Of a DNA stretch of 64,000 nt, positions 1-9,300 are shown in pieces. The position numbers and the translations under genes were made by a program. Numbering within the stretch: the stretch's first letter is position 1; each line of letters begins with the position of its first letter. Source of the stretch: an uncultured delta proteobacterium (GTDB lineage: Bacteria > Myxococcota > Myxococcia > Myxococcales > 40CM-4-68-19); NCBI GenBank assembly GCA_903911145.1, contig CAIWCD010000007.1:1-64000 (forward strand). Direction: 5' to 3'. The notes under the pieces were generated by a model that did not search any database, was not told the DNA's origin, and saw only the letters and a list, made by a program, of their open reading frames with translations.

Positions 1-1
1 G

Positions 2-265
2 AACGCGCAGCACGTCGCTCACACTGGCGCGCCGCTCGATGAGCAGGCCGCTGCCCGCCAGACGGCCTCCCGCATGATCGCGGCGATGGACAAGCTCTCG
101 GCGGACGACCGCGCCGTCATCGCGCTCTTCGCGATCGAGGGGCTCGCGCACAAGGAGATCGCGGAGATCCTCGCGCTGCCAGAAGGGACGGTCTGGTATC
201 GGCTGCATCGCGCGCGCAAGGCGCTCAAAGATCTCGCGGAGCCGCCACCAGTGCGGCCGAGCTGA
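2..265 (+). CDS. ECF-type RNA polymerase sigma factor, C-terminal part (5'-truncated by window edge)
   Basis: Frame is open from position 2. Region-4 HTH pattern 'LSADDRAVIALFAIEGLAHKEIAEILALPEGTVWYRLHRARKAL'. Confidence 0.85.
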   Translation, partial: NAQHVAHTGAPLDEQAAARQTASRMIAAMDKLSADDRAVIALFAIEGLAHKEIAEILALPEGTVWYRLHRARKALKDLAEPPPVRPS

Positions 266-379
266 GCGCGCCAGCATCGTCGACCACGCCTGATCGACTC
301 GGCCGCGCATCGCGTGAAGGACGGCCAGATGCGGTTCGCTGCTCACGGTCGACGCAGGTGACCGCTCGCGCAAATCCCA

Positions 380-410
380 TTGACACAAGCATCCCCGCGC
401 CGGCTACATC
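380..410 (+). promoter_or_regulatory. Putative sigma70-type promoter, possibly giving a leaderless mRNA
   Basis: TTGACA at 380-385 and TACATC at 405-410 (spacing 19, longer than optimal). ATG at 417 with no RBS. Confidence 0.35.
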
Positions 411-416
411 CCGCGC

Positions 417-866
417 ATGATCTCCTCCGCGCTGATGTCCTCGCTGCACCTCTTGACCCTCGCTCTCGGCCTCGGCGCCATTGTCGCGCGCGGCCGCGCA
501 CTCAAGGGGACGCTCGACGAGGCGGGCCTCAAGCGGCTCTTCACCGCCGACAATCTCTGGGGCGTCGCGGCCGGCCTCTGGATGCTGACGGGACTGCTCC
601 GCGCGTTCGGCGGTTTCGAGAAGCCAACGGCCTACTACGCGCACAACAAGATGTTCATGGTGAAGATGACGCTCTTCACGCTCGTCGTGCTGCTCGAGAT
701 CTGGCCGATGGTGACGTTCATCGGCTGGCGGCGCGCACGCAAGGCCGGAACAAAGATCGACACGTCGAAGGCAAAGGCGCTCTGGGGCGTCAATCACGCG
801 GAGATCTGGCTGAGCGTCGCGTGCGTCTTCGTCGCGTCGATGATGGCGCGCGCGATCGGCTACTAG
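417..866 (+). CDS. DUF2214-family membrane protein
   Basis: 149 aa with four hydrophobic segments; motifs 'D.LWG.AA', 'TGLLR', 'EK...YY..N..F..K', 'WP...F..WR' typical of DUF2214. Confidence 0.8.
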   Translation: MISSALMSSLHLLTLALGLGAIVARGRALKGTLDEAGLKRLFTADNLWGVAAGLWMLTGLLRAFGGFEKPTAYYAHNKMFMVKMTLFTLVVLLEIWPMVTFIGWRRARKAGTKIDTSKAKALWGVNHAEIWLSVACVFVASMMARAIGY

Positions 867-876
867 AAGGTCTGAA

Positions 877-906
877 GCGCGCGTTCGATCGCGATCGAAC
901 GCGCGC
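877..906. terminator. Perfect 30-bp palindrome between convergent genes (probable bidirectional terminator)
   Basis: GCGCGCGTTCGATCGCGATCGAACGCGCGC equals its own reverse complement and lies between stops at 866 (+) and 918 (-). Confidence 0.6.
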
Positions 907-917
907 CAGGAAACGAA

Positions 918-2714
918 CTACTCGTTTCCTTCGGCCGCGGTGCCGATGACCGTGATGCGCGCAGCCGCGCCCGCGCTCGCCGCCCCGAGCTGCTTGGCGG
1001 TGAGCGGGTTGTGCTCCTTGACGTAGCCGACGATCGTGTCGCGCGCGAGGACGGGGCCGATCTTGCGCGGCAGATCCTTGAGCGGCGTGAGGCCGTCTCC
1101 GCCGTTGGCGAGGAAGTCGGTGACCGAGAGCGTGAACGTGCCGGCCTTGCAGTCGCTCACGCACGCCGTCGCGGTGCAGCTCTTGGTGATGCAGAGCGGC
1201 TTGCCGTTCTCGTCGTCCATCTCGGTGACCAGCGCGCCAGCGGGTGCCTTCGCGAGATTCTTGTTCGCGCCGAACTTCTCCCAGTCGATCGTGTAGCGCA
1301 GGCCCGAGACGCGCATCGCCGACTTGCCCGAGCGCAGGATCGCCTCGAGGGAATCGCGCACGGTCGCGGCCGGCAGCGTGAGCACGACCTGCGTGTTGTC
1401 GAACGGGTAGAGATCGAAAACCTGGCCGAACTTGATCGGGCCCGCGCCGATTTCGGGAATGCGGATGCCGCCGCCGTTCTGGAAGGCGAAGTCGGCCTTG
1501 AGGCTCCCGCCCGCACCCGAGCGCAGTGAGTCTGCGCAGAGGTTCGCGAGCAGATCGTCCTTGCCGCCCTTCTGCAGCACCACTTCGGAAGCGCCGATCA
1601 CCGACTCGCGCAGCTTCGAGACCTGATCGTCGTAGCCCTTGAGAATCGCCGCGACCTTCGCGTCCGGCGCGACGACGCGCCCGCGATAGAGCGGAGCTGC
1701 GCCATTGACCGCGTGCACGAGCTGCTGCGGCCCGCCCGTCTTCGGCCAGTTGCCTTCATTGACCGAGAACGCCGTCGCGTGGCCGCTCTCGTTGAGCGTC
1801 AGCTCGATCGTCGAGAAGGCCACCAGCTTCGCGCCCGACTGCACGATCGGGATGTTCGCGACGATGAGCGCAGGCGGCCCGATCTGCTCGTGGTGGTGAC
1901 CGGAAACGATGCCGTCGACCTTGCCCGCGACCTGCTCGGCAACGTGCTGGATCTCGTTGTCGTTCTTCGGCCCCATGTGCGCGGTGATGAGCACCACGGA
2001 GCAGCCCTGCGCGCGCAGCTCGTCGGCGAACTTCGCGGCGATCGGTCCGCCGGGGAGGAAGTCGTAGTCGGCGACGTTGACCGGATTCGTCGTGAGCGGC
2101 GTCTCGATCGAGGAGAGGCCGATGACGCCGATCTTGATGCCCGCGGCCTCGATGATCGCGGTGGGCCGCGCCCAGTCTGGCCGCGTGGTGGTTCCCTTGA
2201 GGAAGACGTTGGCCGCGAGGATCGGGTAGTGGGCCTGCGCGATGCGGTCCTTCATCACGGGGAGGCCAAAGTCGAACTCGTGATTTCCCACCGCGGCCGC
2301 ATTGACGCCGACCGCGTCGTAGACCTCGACGACCGACTTGCCGACGAACTGGTTGGAGATCAGCGTGCCCTGGAACATGTCGCCGGCGTCAAGGATGATC
2401 ACCTCGGCGCCCTGCGCTGCAGCGTCGGCCCTGACCGCGTTCATCCAACCTGCGAACCAGTCGGCGCCGCCCACGTCTCCTACGCCGAGCTTGGCGAGCC
2501 ACTTCGCGGCCGGCTGCGCGGTGAGTCCGCCATGCGTGTCGTTGATGCCGACCACCACCAGCTTCTTCGCGACGCCACTCTTCGCAGCGGTGCCCGCTGC
2601 GGCAGTGGCGCTCGTCGGGGCGCTGCTCGAGGCGGCTCCACCCGACGCGCAGCTGGATGCCAGCAGAGCCAGAGAGACGGAGAGCAGAGCGGCAGCGTTG
2701 CGGATCGATCGCAT
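918..2714 (-). CDS. Bifunctional metallophosphatase / 5'-nucleotidase lipoprotein
   Basis: Motifs NDTHG, LDAGDMFQG, GNHEFDFG, SGHHH, C-terminal QNGGGIR and FLANGGDG. Start taken at MRSIRNAA (2714) with lipobox-like LASSC. Confidence 0.9.
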   Translation of the reverse strand: MRSIRNAAALLSVSLALLASSCASGGAASSSAPTSATAAAGTAAKSGVAKKLVVVGINDTHGGLTAQPAAKWLAKLGVGDVGGADWFAGWMNAVRADAAAQGAEVIILDAGDMFQGTLISNQFVGKSVVEVYDAVGVNAAAVGNHEFDFGLPVMKDRIAQAHYPILAANVFLKGTTTRPDWARPTAIIEAAGIKIGVIGLSSIETPLTTNPVNVADYDFLPGGPIAAKFADELRAQGCSVVLITAHMGPKNDNEIQHVAEQVAGKVDGIVSGHHHEQIGPPALIVANIPIVQSGAKLVAFSTIELTLNESGHATAFSVNEGNWPKTGGPQQLVHAVNGAAPLYRGRVVAPDAKVAAILKGYDDQVSKLRESVIGASEVVLQKGGKDDLLANLCADSLRSGAGGSLKADFAFQNGGGIRIPEIGAGPIKFGQVFDLYPFDNTQVVLTLPAATVRDSLEAILRSGKSAMRVSGLRYTIDWEKFGANKNLAKAPAGALVTEMDDENGKPLCITKSCTATACVSDCKAGTFTLSVTDFLANGGDGLTPLKDLPRKIGPVLARDTIVGYVKEHNPLTAKQLGAASAGAAARITVIGTAAEGNE

Positions 2715-2817
2715 GGAGTCCTCTTCGCGCGGAAAAGACGCGCCGGTTCTTCTAACCCAGGCGCGGCGAAAACATGCGCTTCTCGTTCTCGCACGGGTCG
2801 CACCAATCAGCTTTCGC

Positions 2818-2858
2818 TTGACTGGGGCGAATCCAAATTCGAGAAGAGTTCTCCAATT
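2818..2858 (+). promoter_or_regulatory. Putative promoter of rubrerythrin with overlapping palindromic operator
   Basis: TTGACT at 2818-2823. Near-palindrome AATTCGAGAAGAGTTCTCCAATT at 2836-2858 covers the expected -10 position. Confidence 0.5.
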
Positions 2859-2891
2859 GCCACCGCAGCATCCAACTTCATGGAGAGTCCA

Positions 2892-3320
2892 ATGGCGCAA
2901 CTCAAGGGAAGCAAGACGCACGAGAACCTCAAGGCCGCTTTCGCGGGCGAGAGCCAGGCGAACCGCCGCTACCTCTATTTCGCCAAGGTCGCCGACGTCG
3001 AAGGCCGCCCGGACATCGCGGGCCTCTTCCGCGACACGGCCGAGGGCGAGACGGGCCACGCGCATGGCCACCTCGACTACATCAAGGAAGTCGGCGACCC
3101 GGCGACGGGCGAGCCGATCGGCGACACCGAGCAGAACCTCGCCTCGGCGGTCGCGGGCGAGACGTACGAGTACACGCAGATGTATCCGGGGTTCGCGAAG
3201 ACGGCCCGAGACGAAGGGCACGCGGAGATCGCGGAGTGGTTTGAGACGCTCGCGAAGGCGGAGAAGGCGCACGCGGGGCGTTTTGCGAAGGGGCTCGCGC
3301 AGGTCAAGGCCGAAGGCTAG
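2892..3320 (+). CDS. rbr: Rubrerythrin (short form lacking the C-terminal rubredoxin domain)
   Basis: '[21 protein letters not shown]', '[10 protein letters not shown]', '[13 protein letters not shown]', 'AEKAHAGRF'; GGAGAG RBS; 142 aa, no CxxC domain. Confidence 0.95.
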   Translation: MAQLKGSKTHENLKAAFAGESQANRRYLYFAKVADVEGRPDIAGLFRDTAEGETGHAHGHLDYIKEVGDPATGEPIGDTEQNLASAVAGETYEYTQMYPGFAKTARDEGHAEIAEWFETLAKAEKAHAGRFAKGLAQVKAEG

Positions 3321-3654
3321 CGAGCTGTCGGCCGACGGACCGGATCGCTTTTCCGTGCTCGCTGCTCGACTCCCGCAAGCGGAGTCTGCGCGGCTGCGCG
3401 CGGCAAAAGCGATCCGGCTCCCGCTCGGCCTGTGTGTTCGCGGTCGCCTGCGTCCTGGACCTCGAGCGAGCTTTCTTCGGAACTCCTCGCGTGCCCCTCT
3501 GCGATGCCAGCGTTGGTCCGGCGAGCGCGATCGTCTCCGAGGGAAGCGCCGGACGGATGGTTCGTCTCGAGGAATGGCTTTGCGAAATTATCGATTCGGT
3601 AATTTTTGGTAATCGTTGGTGTAGCAATCATCTCGTCGCTTTTGCGAGGCACAC

Positions 3655-5163
3655 GTGAAGCTGCCGCTGGTTCAATCGACTCCGTTGCAGGCGGCAGAGG
3701 GCTCGCCGTCGGCGGCGCAATCGGTGGCGTCGGATCCGCATGGGATGGCGTACGAGAATCCGCTCTTCTGGGACCGCGCGCATGCGGACAAGGAGATTGA
3801 GCGGGTCTTTGAGATCTGCAACGGGTGCAGGCTCTGCTTCAATCTCTGCCCGTCGTTCGACGTGATGTTCAAACGGATCGACGCGCTCGATCCGCATGCG
3901 TCCGAGGCGGAGGGGAAACACCTCGACGCAAGCCACGCGCAGGGGATGATCGAGGAGACCGAGGCGAAGTCGCTGCTCGCGAAGGTCGAGGTCTCGACTG
4001 ACAATCCGGTGCATCTGCTCGCGCAGGCCGACAAGGATCGCATCGTCGGGCTCTGCTACGAGTGCAAGCTCTGCTATCCGAAATGCCCGTACGTGCCGCC
4101 GCATGAGTTCGCGGTCGATTTCCCCAAGCTGATCCTTCGCTACAAGGCGATCGACGCGAAGGAGCACGGCATCGGACTGCGCGAGAAGTTCCTCGGCGCG
4201 ACCGATCTCAACGGCACGCTGATGACGAAGATCGCGCCCATCGCGAACGCGGCGGCGCACAACTCGTTCAACCGGATGCTGATGGAGAAGACCCTCGGCA
4301 TCGCGAAGGATCGGCAGCTGCCGGACTATGCGGATCAGAGCTTCGAGACCTGGTGGTCGCGGCGCGCGCCTGTCGAGGCCAGTGCGCGCACGGATGGAAA
4401 AGAGACGCCGAAGGCCGCGCTCTTTCCGACCTGCTTCGGCAACTACAACGATCCGGAGATCCCCAAGGCGGCGGTCGAGGTGCTCGAGCATGCGGGCTGC
4501 GATCTGACCTGCCCGGAGAGCGTCTGCTGCGGGATGCCGAAGATGGATTGCGGCGACATCGAAGGTGCGCGCAAGCTCGCGCGCCGCAACGCGGAGATCC
4601 TCCTGCCGTCGGTGCGCGAGGGGCGCAAGATCCTCTCTCCCGGACCGTCCTGCACGCTGATGCTCAAACAGGAGTATCCCGAGCTGCTCGGTGCCGAGGG
4701 CAAGGAGCTCGCGGACGCGACGATCGATCTCTCCGACTATCTGCTCCAGCTCGGCCGGGCGAAGATCCTCGCCAAGCCGACCGCGCCGATTGGAAAAGTG
4801 GCGTTCCACGTCGCCTGCCACAACCGGGTGCAGAACTTCGGCTACCGCGGGCGCGACCTGCTCAAGTGGGCCGGCGGCGACGTCACGCTCGTCGACAAGT
4901 GCTGCGGCATGGACGGCACCTGGGGAATGAAGGCCGAGTATTTCGAAGAGTCGCTGAAAGTCGCGGAGGGCGCGGCCCGCAAGGTCGAGGAGACCGCTCC
5001 GGACGTCGTCGCGGCCGACTGTCCTCTTGCTGGTCTGCAGCTCAAGCAGAAGACGGGGCGCACGTCGTTCCATCCCGTCAAGGTCCTGCGCGCGGCCTAT
5101 CGCGGGGAGCCGCTGCGCTCGCCCGCGCCCGGCACGAAGAAGAGCGATTCGCAGATGCGTTGA
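3655..5163 (+). CDS. Rubrerythrin-associated Fe-S oxidoreductase (GlpC/HdrD-like, CCG domains)
   Basis: CNGCRLCFNLCP and CYECKLCYPKCPYVPPH cluster motifs, two CCG domains (CCGMP, CCGMDGTWG), DCPLAG. Confidence 0.9.
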   Translation: MKLPLVQSTPLQAAEGSPSAAQSVASDPHGMAYENPLFWDRAHADKEIERVFEICNGCRLCFNLCPSFDVMFKRIDALDPHASEAEGKHLDASHAQGMIEETEAKSLLAKVEVSTDNPVHLLAQADKDRIVGLCYECKLCYPKCPYVPPHEFAVDFPKLILRYKAIDAKEHGIGLREKFLGATDLNGTLMTKIAPIANAAAHNSFNRMLMEKTLGIAKDRQLPDYADQSFETWWSRRAPVEASARTDGKETPKAALFPTCFGNYNDPEIPKAAVEVLEHAGCDLTCPESVCCGMPKMDCGDIEGARKLARRNAEILLPSVREGRKILSPGPSCTLMLKQEYPELLGAEGKELADATIDLSDYLLQLGRAKILAKPTAPIGKVAFHVACHNRVQNFGYRGRDLLKWAGGDVTLVDKCCGMDGTWGMKAEYFEESLKVAEGAARKVEETAPDVVAADCPLAGLQLKQKTGRTSFHPVKVLRAAYRGEPLRSPAPGTKKSDSQMR

Positions 5164-5220
5164 GTGCCAATCATTGGCATAGCAACTATTGGTACAGCAA
5201 TCATCTCAAAGGAGCACCTG

Positions 5221-5799
5221 ATGCAAGCGCTGACGCAGCGAGATCTCTGGCCCCTGCCCGTCTATGAAGGCGTGCGCGACCAGTTCCGGCGTGAGGTGAT
5301 TGCGGCCAAGCAGCATCGGCGCATCACGGTCGGACCGTTCATGACGTTCGTGTTCGAGAACCGGCTGACGGTGAAGTTCCAGGTGCAGGAGATCCTGCGC
5401 GCGGAGAAGATCGCCGCGCCCGAGGCGGTGCAGGAGGAGCTGGTTGGCTTCAACGAGATGCTGCCGACGCCGGGCGAACTCTCGGCGACGCTGATGGTCG
5501 AACTGGTCGGCCCCGAGGCCGAGGTCGCGGCCCAGCTCAAGCAGCTCACGGGGATGGGCAAGCACGTCTTCTTCGAGCTGCAGGGTGTGCGCTTCGCGGC
5601 CCGCTTCGACGGCGATCGAGATGACGGCAAGCGACTCGCGGCGGTGCAGTACGTGCGCTTTCCCGTCGGCGCCGATGGAGAGAAGACGCTCGCGGACCCG
5701 ACGAAGACGGTCGCGCTCGTCATCGATCATCCCAACTACCAGCATCGGCTCGAGCTGAACGAAGCGCAGCGGCGCTCGCTCGCGCACGACCTCGCCTGA
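5221..5799 (+). CDS. DUF3501-family protein
   Basis: 'K..RR..VGP..TFVFENRLTVKFQVQEILRAEK', 'LSATLMVE', 'AVQYVRF', 'DHPNY'; AAGGAG RBS before ATG 5221. Confidence 0.9.
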   Translation: MQALTQRDLWPLPVYEGVRDQFRREVIAAKQHRRITVGPFMTFVFENRLTVKFQVQEILRAEKIAAPEAVQEELVGFNEMLPTPGELSATLMVELVGPEAEVAAQLKQLTGMGKHVFFELQGVRFAARFDGDRDDGKRLAAVQYVRFPVGADGEKTLADPTKTVALVIDHPNYQHRLELNEAQRRSLAHDLA

Positions 5800-5823
5800 C
5801 GCGAGAGGGGAGGAGAGACTCCG

Positions 5824-6306
5824 ATGCGCGCGCGAGGACAAGACGAAGCAGGAGCCAGGAGCCGCGAGGAGCAGCAGGCCTTCGCGAAGCATTGCCGCGC
5901 GCACGGCCTCTCGGTCACGCAGCAGCGGCTCGCGATCTTCGCCGCGCTCGCTGGCTCACGCGCGCACCCGAGCGCCGAGCAGCTGCATGCGCTTGTGCGC
6001 AGGCGATACCCGTCGATTTCGCTGGCGACCATATACAAGAACCTCGAGGCGCTGCGCGCGATCGGTGCGGTGAGCGACGTCAATCCGCTCCACGCGCAGG
6101 GCCGCTACGAGGCCTCGCTGGCGGGAACTGGCGCGGGCGCACCGCACCATCATCTCGTCTGCACCGAGTGCCACGCAGTGCACGATCTCCCTCTCTCGCT
6201 CCTGCCGCCGCCTGCTCTGCGCGACGAGAGCGCGCTCGGCTTCGAGGTGCGCTGCGTTCGCGTGCAGGTCGAAGGAATCTGTCCGAACTGCCAACGGGCC
6301 GCCTGA
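5824..6306 (+). CDS. Fur-family (PerR-like) transcriptional regulator
   Basis: 'TQQRLAI', 'HPSAEQ', 'SLATIYKNL', 'HHHLVCTEC', 'GICPNC'; context is a peroxide-defence cluster. Confidence 0.9.
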   Translation: MRARGQDEAGARSREEQQAFAKHCRAHGLSVTQQRLAIFAALAGSRAHPSAEQLHALVRRRYPSISLATIYKNLEALRAIGAVSDVNPLHAQGRYEASLAGTGAGAPHHHLVCTECHAVHDLPLSLLPPPALRDESALGFEVRCVRVQVEGICPNCQRAA

Positions 6307-6361
6307 GTGGCGTTGCCGCTTGCCCCCAAAGTCCAAAGTCCGCCCAGGATTCCCGCCCCCA

Positions 6362-9300
6362 ATGAACACCGTCTCTGACGCGAACAACTCCAGCAGCGCG
6401 ACGCCGACGCTCTCGGTTCCCGGCTTCACCTACGCAGACCTGCACAACCCGCTGCGCCTCGACGCGCTGACGAAAGTATTCGACGCGGAGCTCCTCGCCT
6501 TCGACGCCGCGCTCTTCGCGCGCTACGACGCGCACCGAGCAGGCCGCGAGCGCCAGAGCGGTCCGGCGGAGAGCGAGCTGCTCATCCAGATCGCGACACA
6601 CGTCTCGCGCTTCGTGGGAAAGCTCTTCGGCGTTGGCGCGCAGCTCGAAGCCTTGAGGGACGCGGCCGGGCGCGATGCTCCGCTCTTTCGCGTCAAGCGG
6701 GACTTCGTGCAGCGGCGGGTGTTCAAGAAGGGCACAGCGAACCGGCCAGTCGCGAGCGACTTCTCTTCCATCGATGCGCAGGTGCAGGTGCTGCTGAAGG
6801 CCGCGGCTCTTCTCGACGATCGTGCGCGAGGTGCCGCCGGAGACGAGGAGCTGCTCTGCGCAGTGGTGATCGATGCGCTGCTCGACGGCGAGCGGGCGAT
6901 GTCGATCCGCCTCGACGAGAAGAAGCCAGGCGCGCTCGACGAGATCGCCCTCGCGCGTTTCCGATCGCTCGCGACCGCTCTGGGCGCGGGTCTGCGCAAC
7001 TCAGGTGGCGCCGACGTGATGACCCTTCGCGCGGCGTTTCCCTTCCTGCTCAACGAGCCGCCGCACCAACTCGAGCCGACGAAGGAGGAGCTCGCGCTCT
7101 CGCGTGCGCTGCTTGACCTCTTCGATCGCTTCCTCTTCGCGCTCACGCTGCACGAGGCGGGACACGCGCGCGCTCATCACTGGATGCTTCTGCGCCTGCC
7201 GCACACGCTCGACTTCGCGAACCTGGTCAAGCTTGGGCGCCGCATCGCGCACGGCACAGAACTGCTCGTGGGAGAGCCGGAACACCAGCGCCGCCGCGAT
7301 GGCTTCAAGCTGACCGACACGCGCGGCGACGCGCGCGAGGTGCGCTCGGAGATCGACTACTGCATCACCTGCCACGAGCGGGAAAAGGACTCGTGCAGCT
7401 CGGGATTCAAGGAGAAGCGCGAGGAGAATCCGAAGGCGCAGCTCACTGGCCGCCGCGTCGACCAGGGCGCGCCGTACAAGAAGAATCCGCTCGGCATTCC
7501 GCTCACCGGCTGCCCGCTCGAGGAGCGGATCGGCGAGATGCACAAGATCGCCGGAGAGGGAGATCCGCTCGGCGCACTCGCGCTCGTCTGCCTCGACAAC
7601 CCGATGCTGCCCGGAACCGGACATCGCATCTGCAACGACTGCATGAAGGCCTGCGTCTATCAAAAGCAGGAGCCGGTCAACATTCCGCAGATTGAAACGC
7701 GGATGCTCAGCGAGGTGCTGCGGCTGCGCTGGGGATTCGAGATCTGGAGTCTCCTGACGCGCTGGAATCCGCTCGGGATCTCTGCGGGGCAGCGGCAGAC
7801 GGCGCGGCCCTACGCGGGCGTGAACGCGCTCGTCGTCGGCATGGGACCGGCCGGCTACACGCTCGCACACCACCTGTGCAACCAGGGCTTCGGCGTGGTC
7901 GGCATCGACGGACTGAAGATCGAACCGATCCCCGATGAGCTGCTCGGGCGCGCGCCTGGACAGAGCGCGCCGCAGGCGATCGAGTGGGTGCACGAACATT
8001 TCGGCGCCCCGCTCGACGAGCGCGTTACCTCTGGATTCGGTGGCGTCAGCGAGTACGGAATCACCGTCCGCTGGGACAAGAGCTTCCTCGACATTCTCCA
8101 CTTGAATCTCGCGCGCCGCAGCAACGTGCGCATCTATGGAGGCATCCGTTTCGGCGGCACGCTCGACATCGACGACGCGTGGGCGCTCGGCTTCGATCAC
8201 ATCGCGCTCGCTGCTGGCGCGGGCAAGCCGACGATCATTCCGCTCAAGAACAATCTGATTCGCGGGATCCGCAAGGCGAGCGACTTCCTGATGGGGCTGC
8301 AGCTCACCGGCGCGTTCAAGGAGCGTGCGCTGGCGAATCTGCAAGTGAGGCTGCCTGCAGTGGTGATCGGCGGAGGCCTCACGGGCATCGATACCGCGAC
8401 CGAACTCGCCGCCTACTATCCGGTGCAGGTCGAGAAGATCTACGCGCGTCACGAGGTGCTCGCGCGCGATCTCGGCGAAGAAAACGTGCTCTCCCTCCTC
8501 GACACAGAGGAGCGCGGCATCTACGGCGAGGCGATCTCGCACGGGCGCGCCATTGCGCAGGAGCGTTCGCGCGCAAAGGCCGCAGGAGAGGCACCGGACT
8601 TCGCGAAGCTCGTGAATGCGTGGGGCGGCGTGACGCTCGCGTATCGCAAGGGCCTCAACGACGCGCCCGCGTATCGCCTCAATCACGAAGAGGTCGACAA
8701 GGCGCTCGAGGAAGGAATCGCCTTCGCAGAGGGCTTGAGTCCTCTCGAAGCAGTGCCCGATCAGTTCGGCGCCGTCGCGTCGGTGAAGTTCGCGCGCCAG
8801 AAGCTGGTCGAGGGCAAGTGGCGCGACGCGGGCGAGATCATCGAGCTGCCCGCGCGCACCGTCTGCGTCGCGGCGGGCACGAGCCCGAACGTGACGCTCG
8901 AGAAGGAAGCGCCGGGTCGCATCGAGATGGATCCCGAGTACGGCTCGTTCAAGCCCTACCTCGCGCAGACGCAGAGTGACGGCTCGATCAAGCTGGTGGC
9001 GGCCGCGGTGAACGAGGACCTGTCGGGTGAGGCCGGGTTCTTCACCAGCTACGAGAAGGAAGGTCGACACATCAGCTTCTTCGGAGACAACCACCCGACC
9101 TACGCGGGCAGCGTCGTCAAGGCGATGGCCTCGGCGAAGGATGGCTATCCGCGCATCGCCGAGCTGTTCGAAGCGCGCCTTGGTTCGATCGACGCGCAGG
9201 TCACGCTGGGAGGCACGGCGGCGATCTCCGCGCAGCTGGCGCGAGAGGAGAACTGGGCGAGTCTTGGCGCGCGCCTCGACGACGAGCTGCTCGCGACGGT

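Noticed and set aside
1713..3320. Overlapping long ORFs suggesting nucleotidase or rubrerythrin fusions
   Set aside because: Two separate divergent genes (starts 2714 and 2892); the extensions are shadow sequence.
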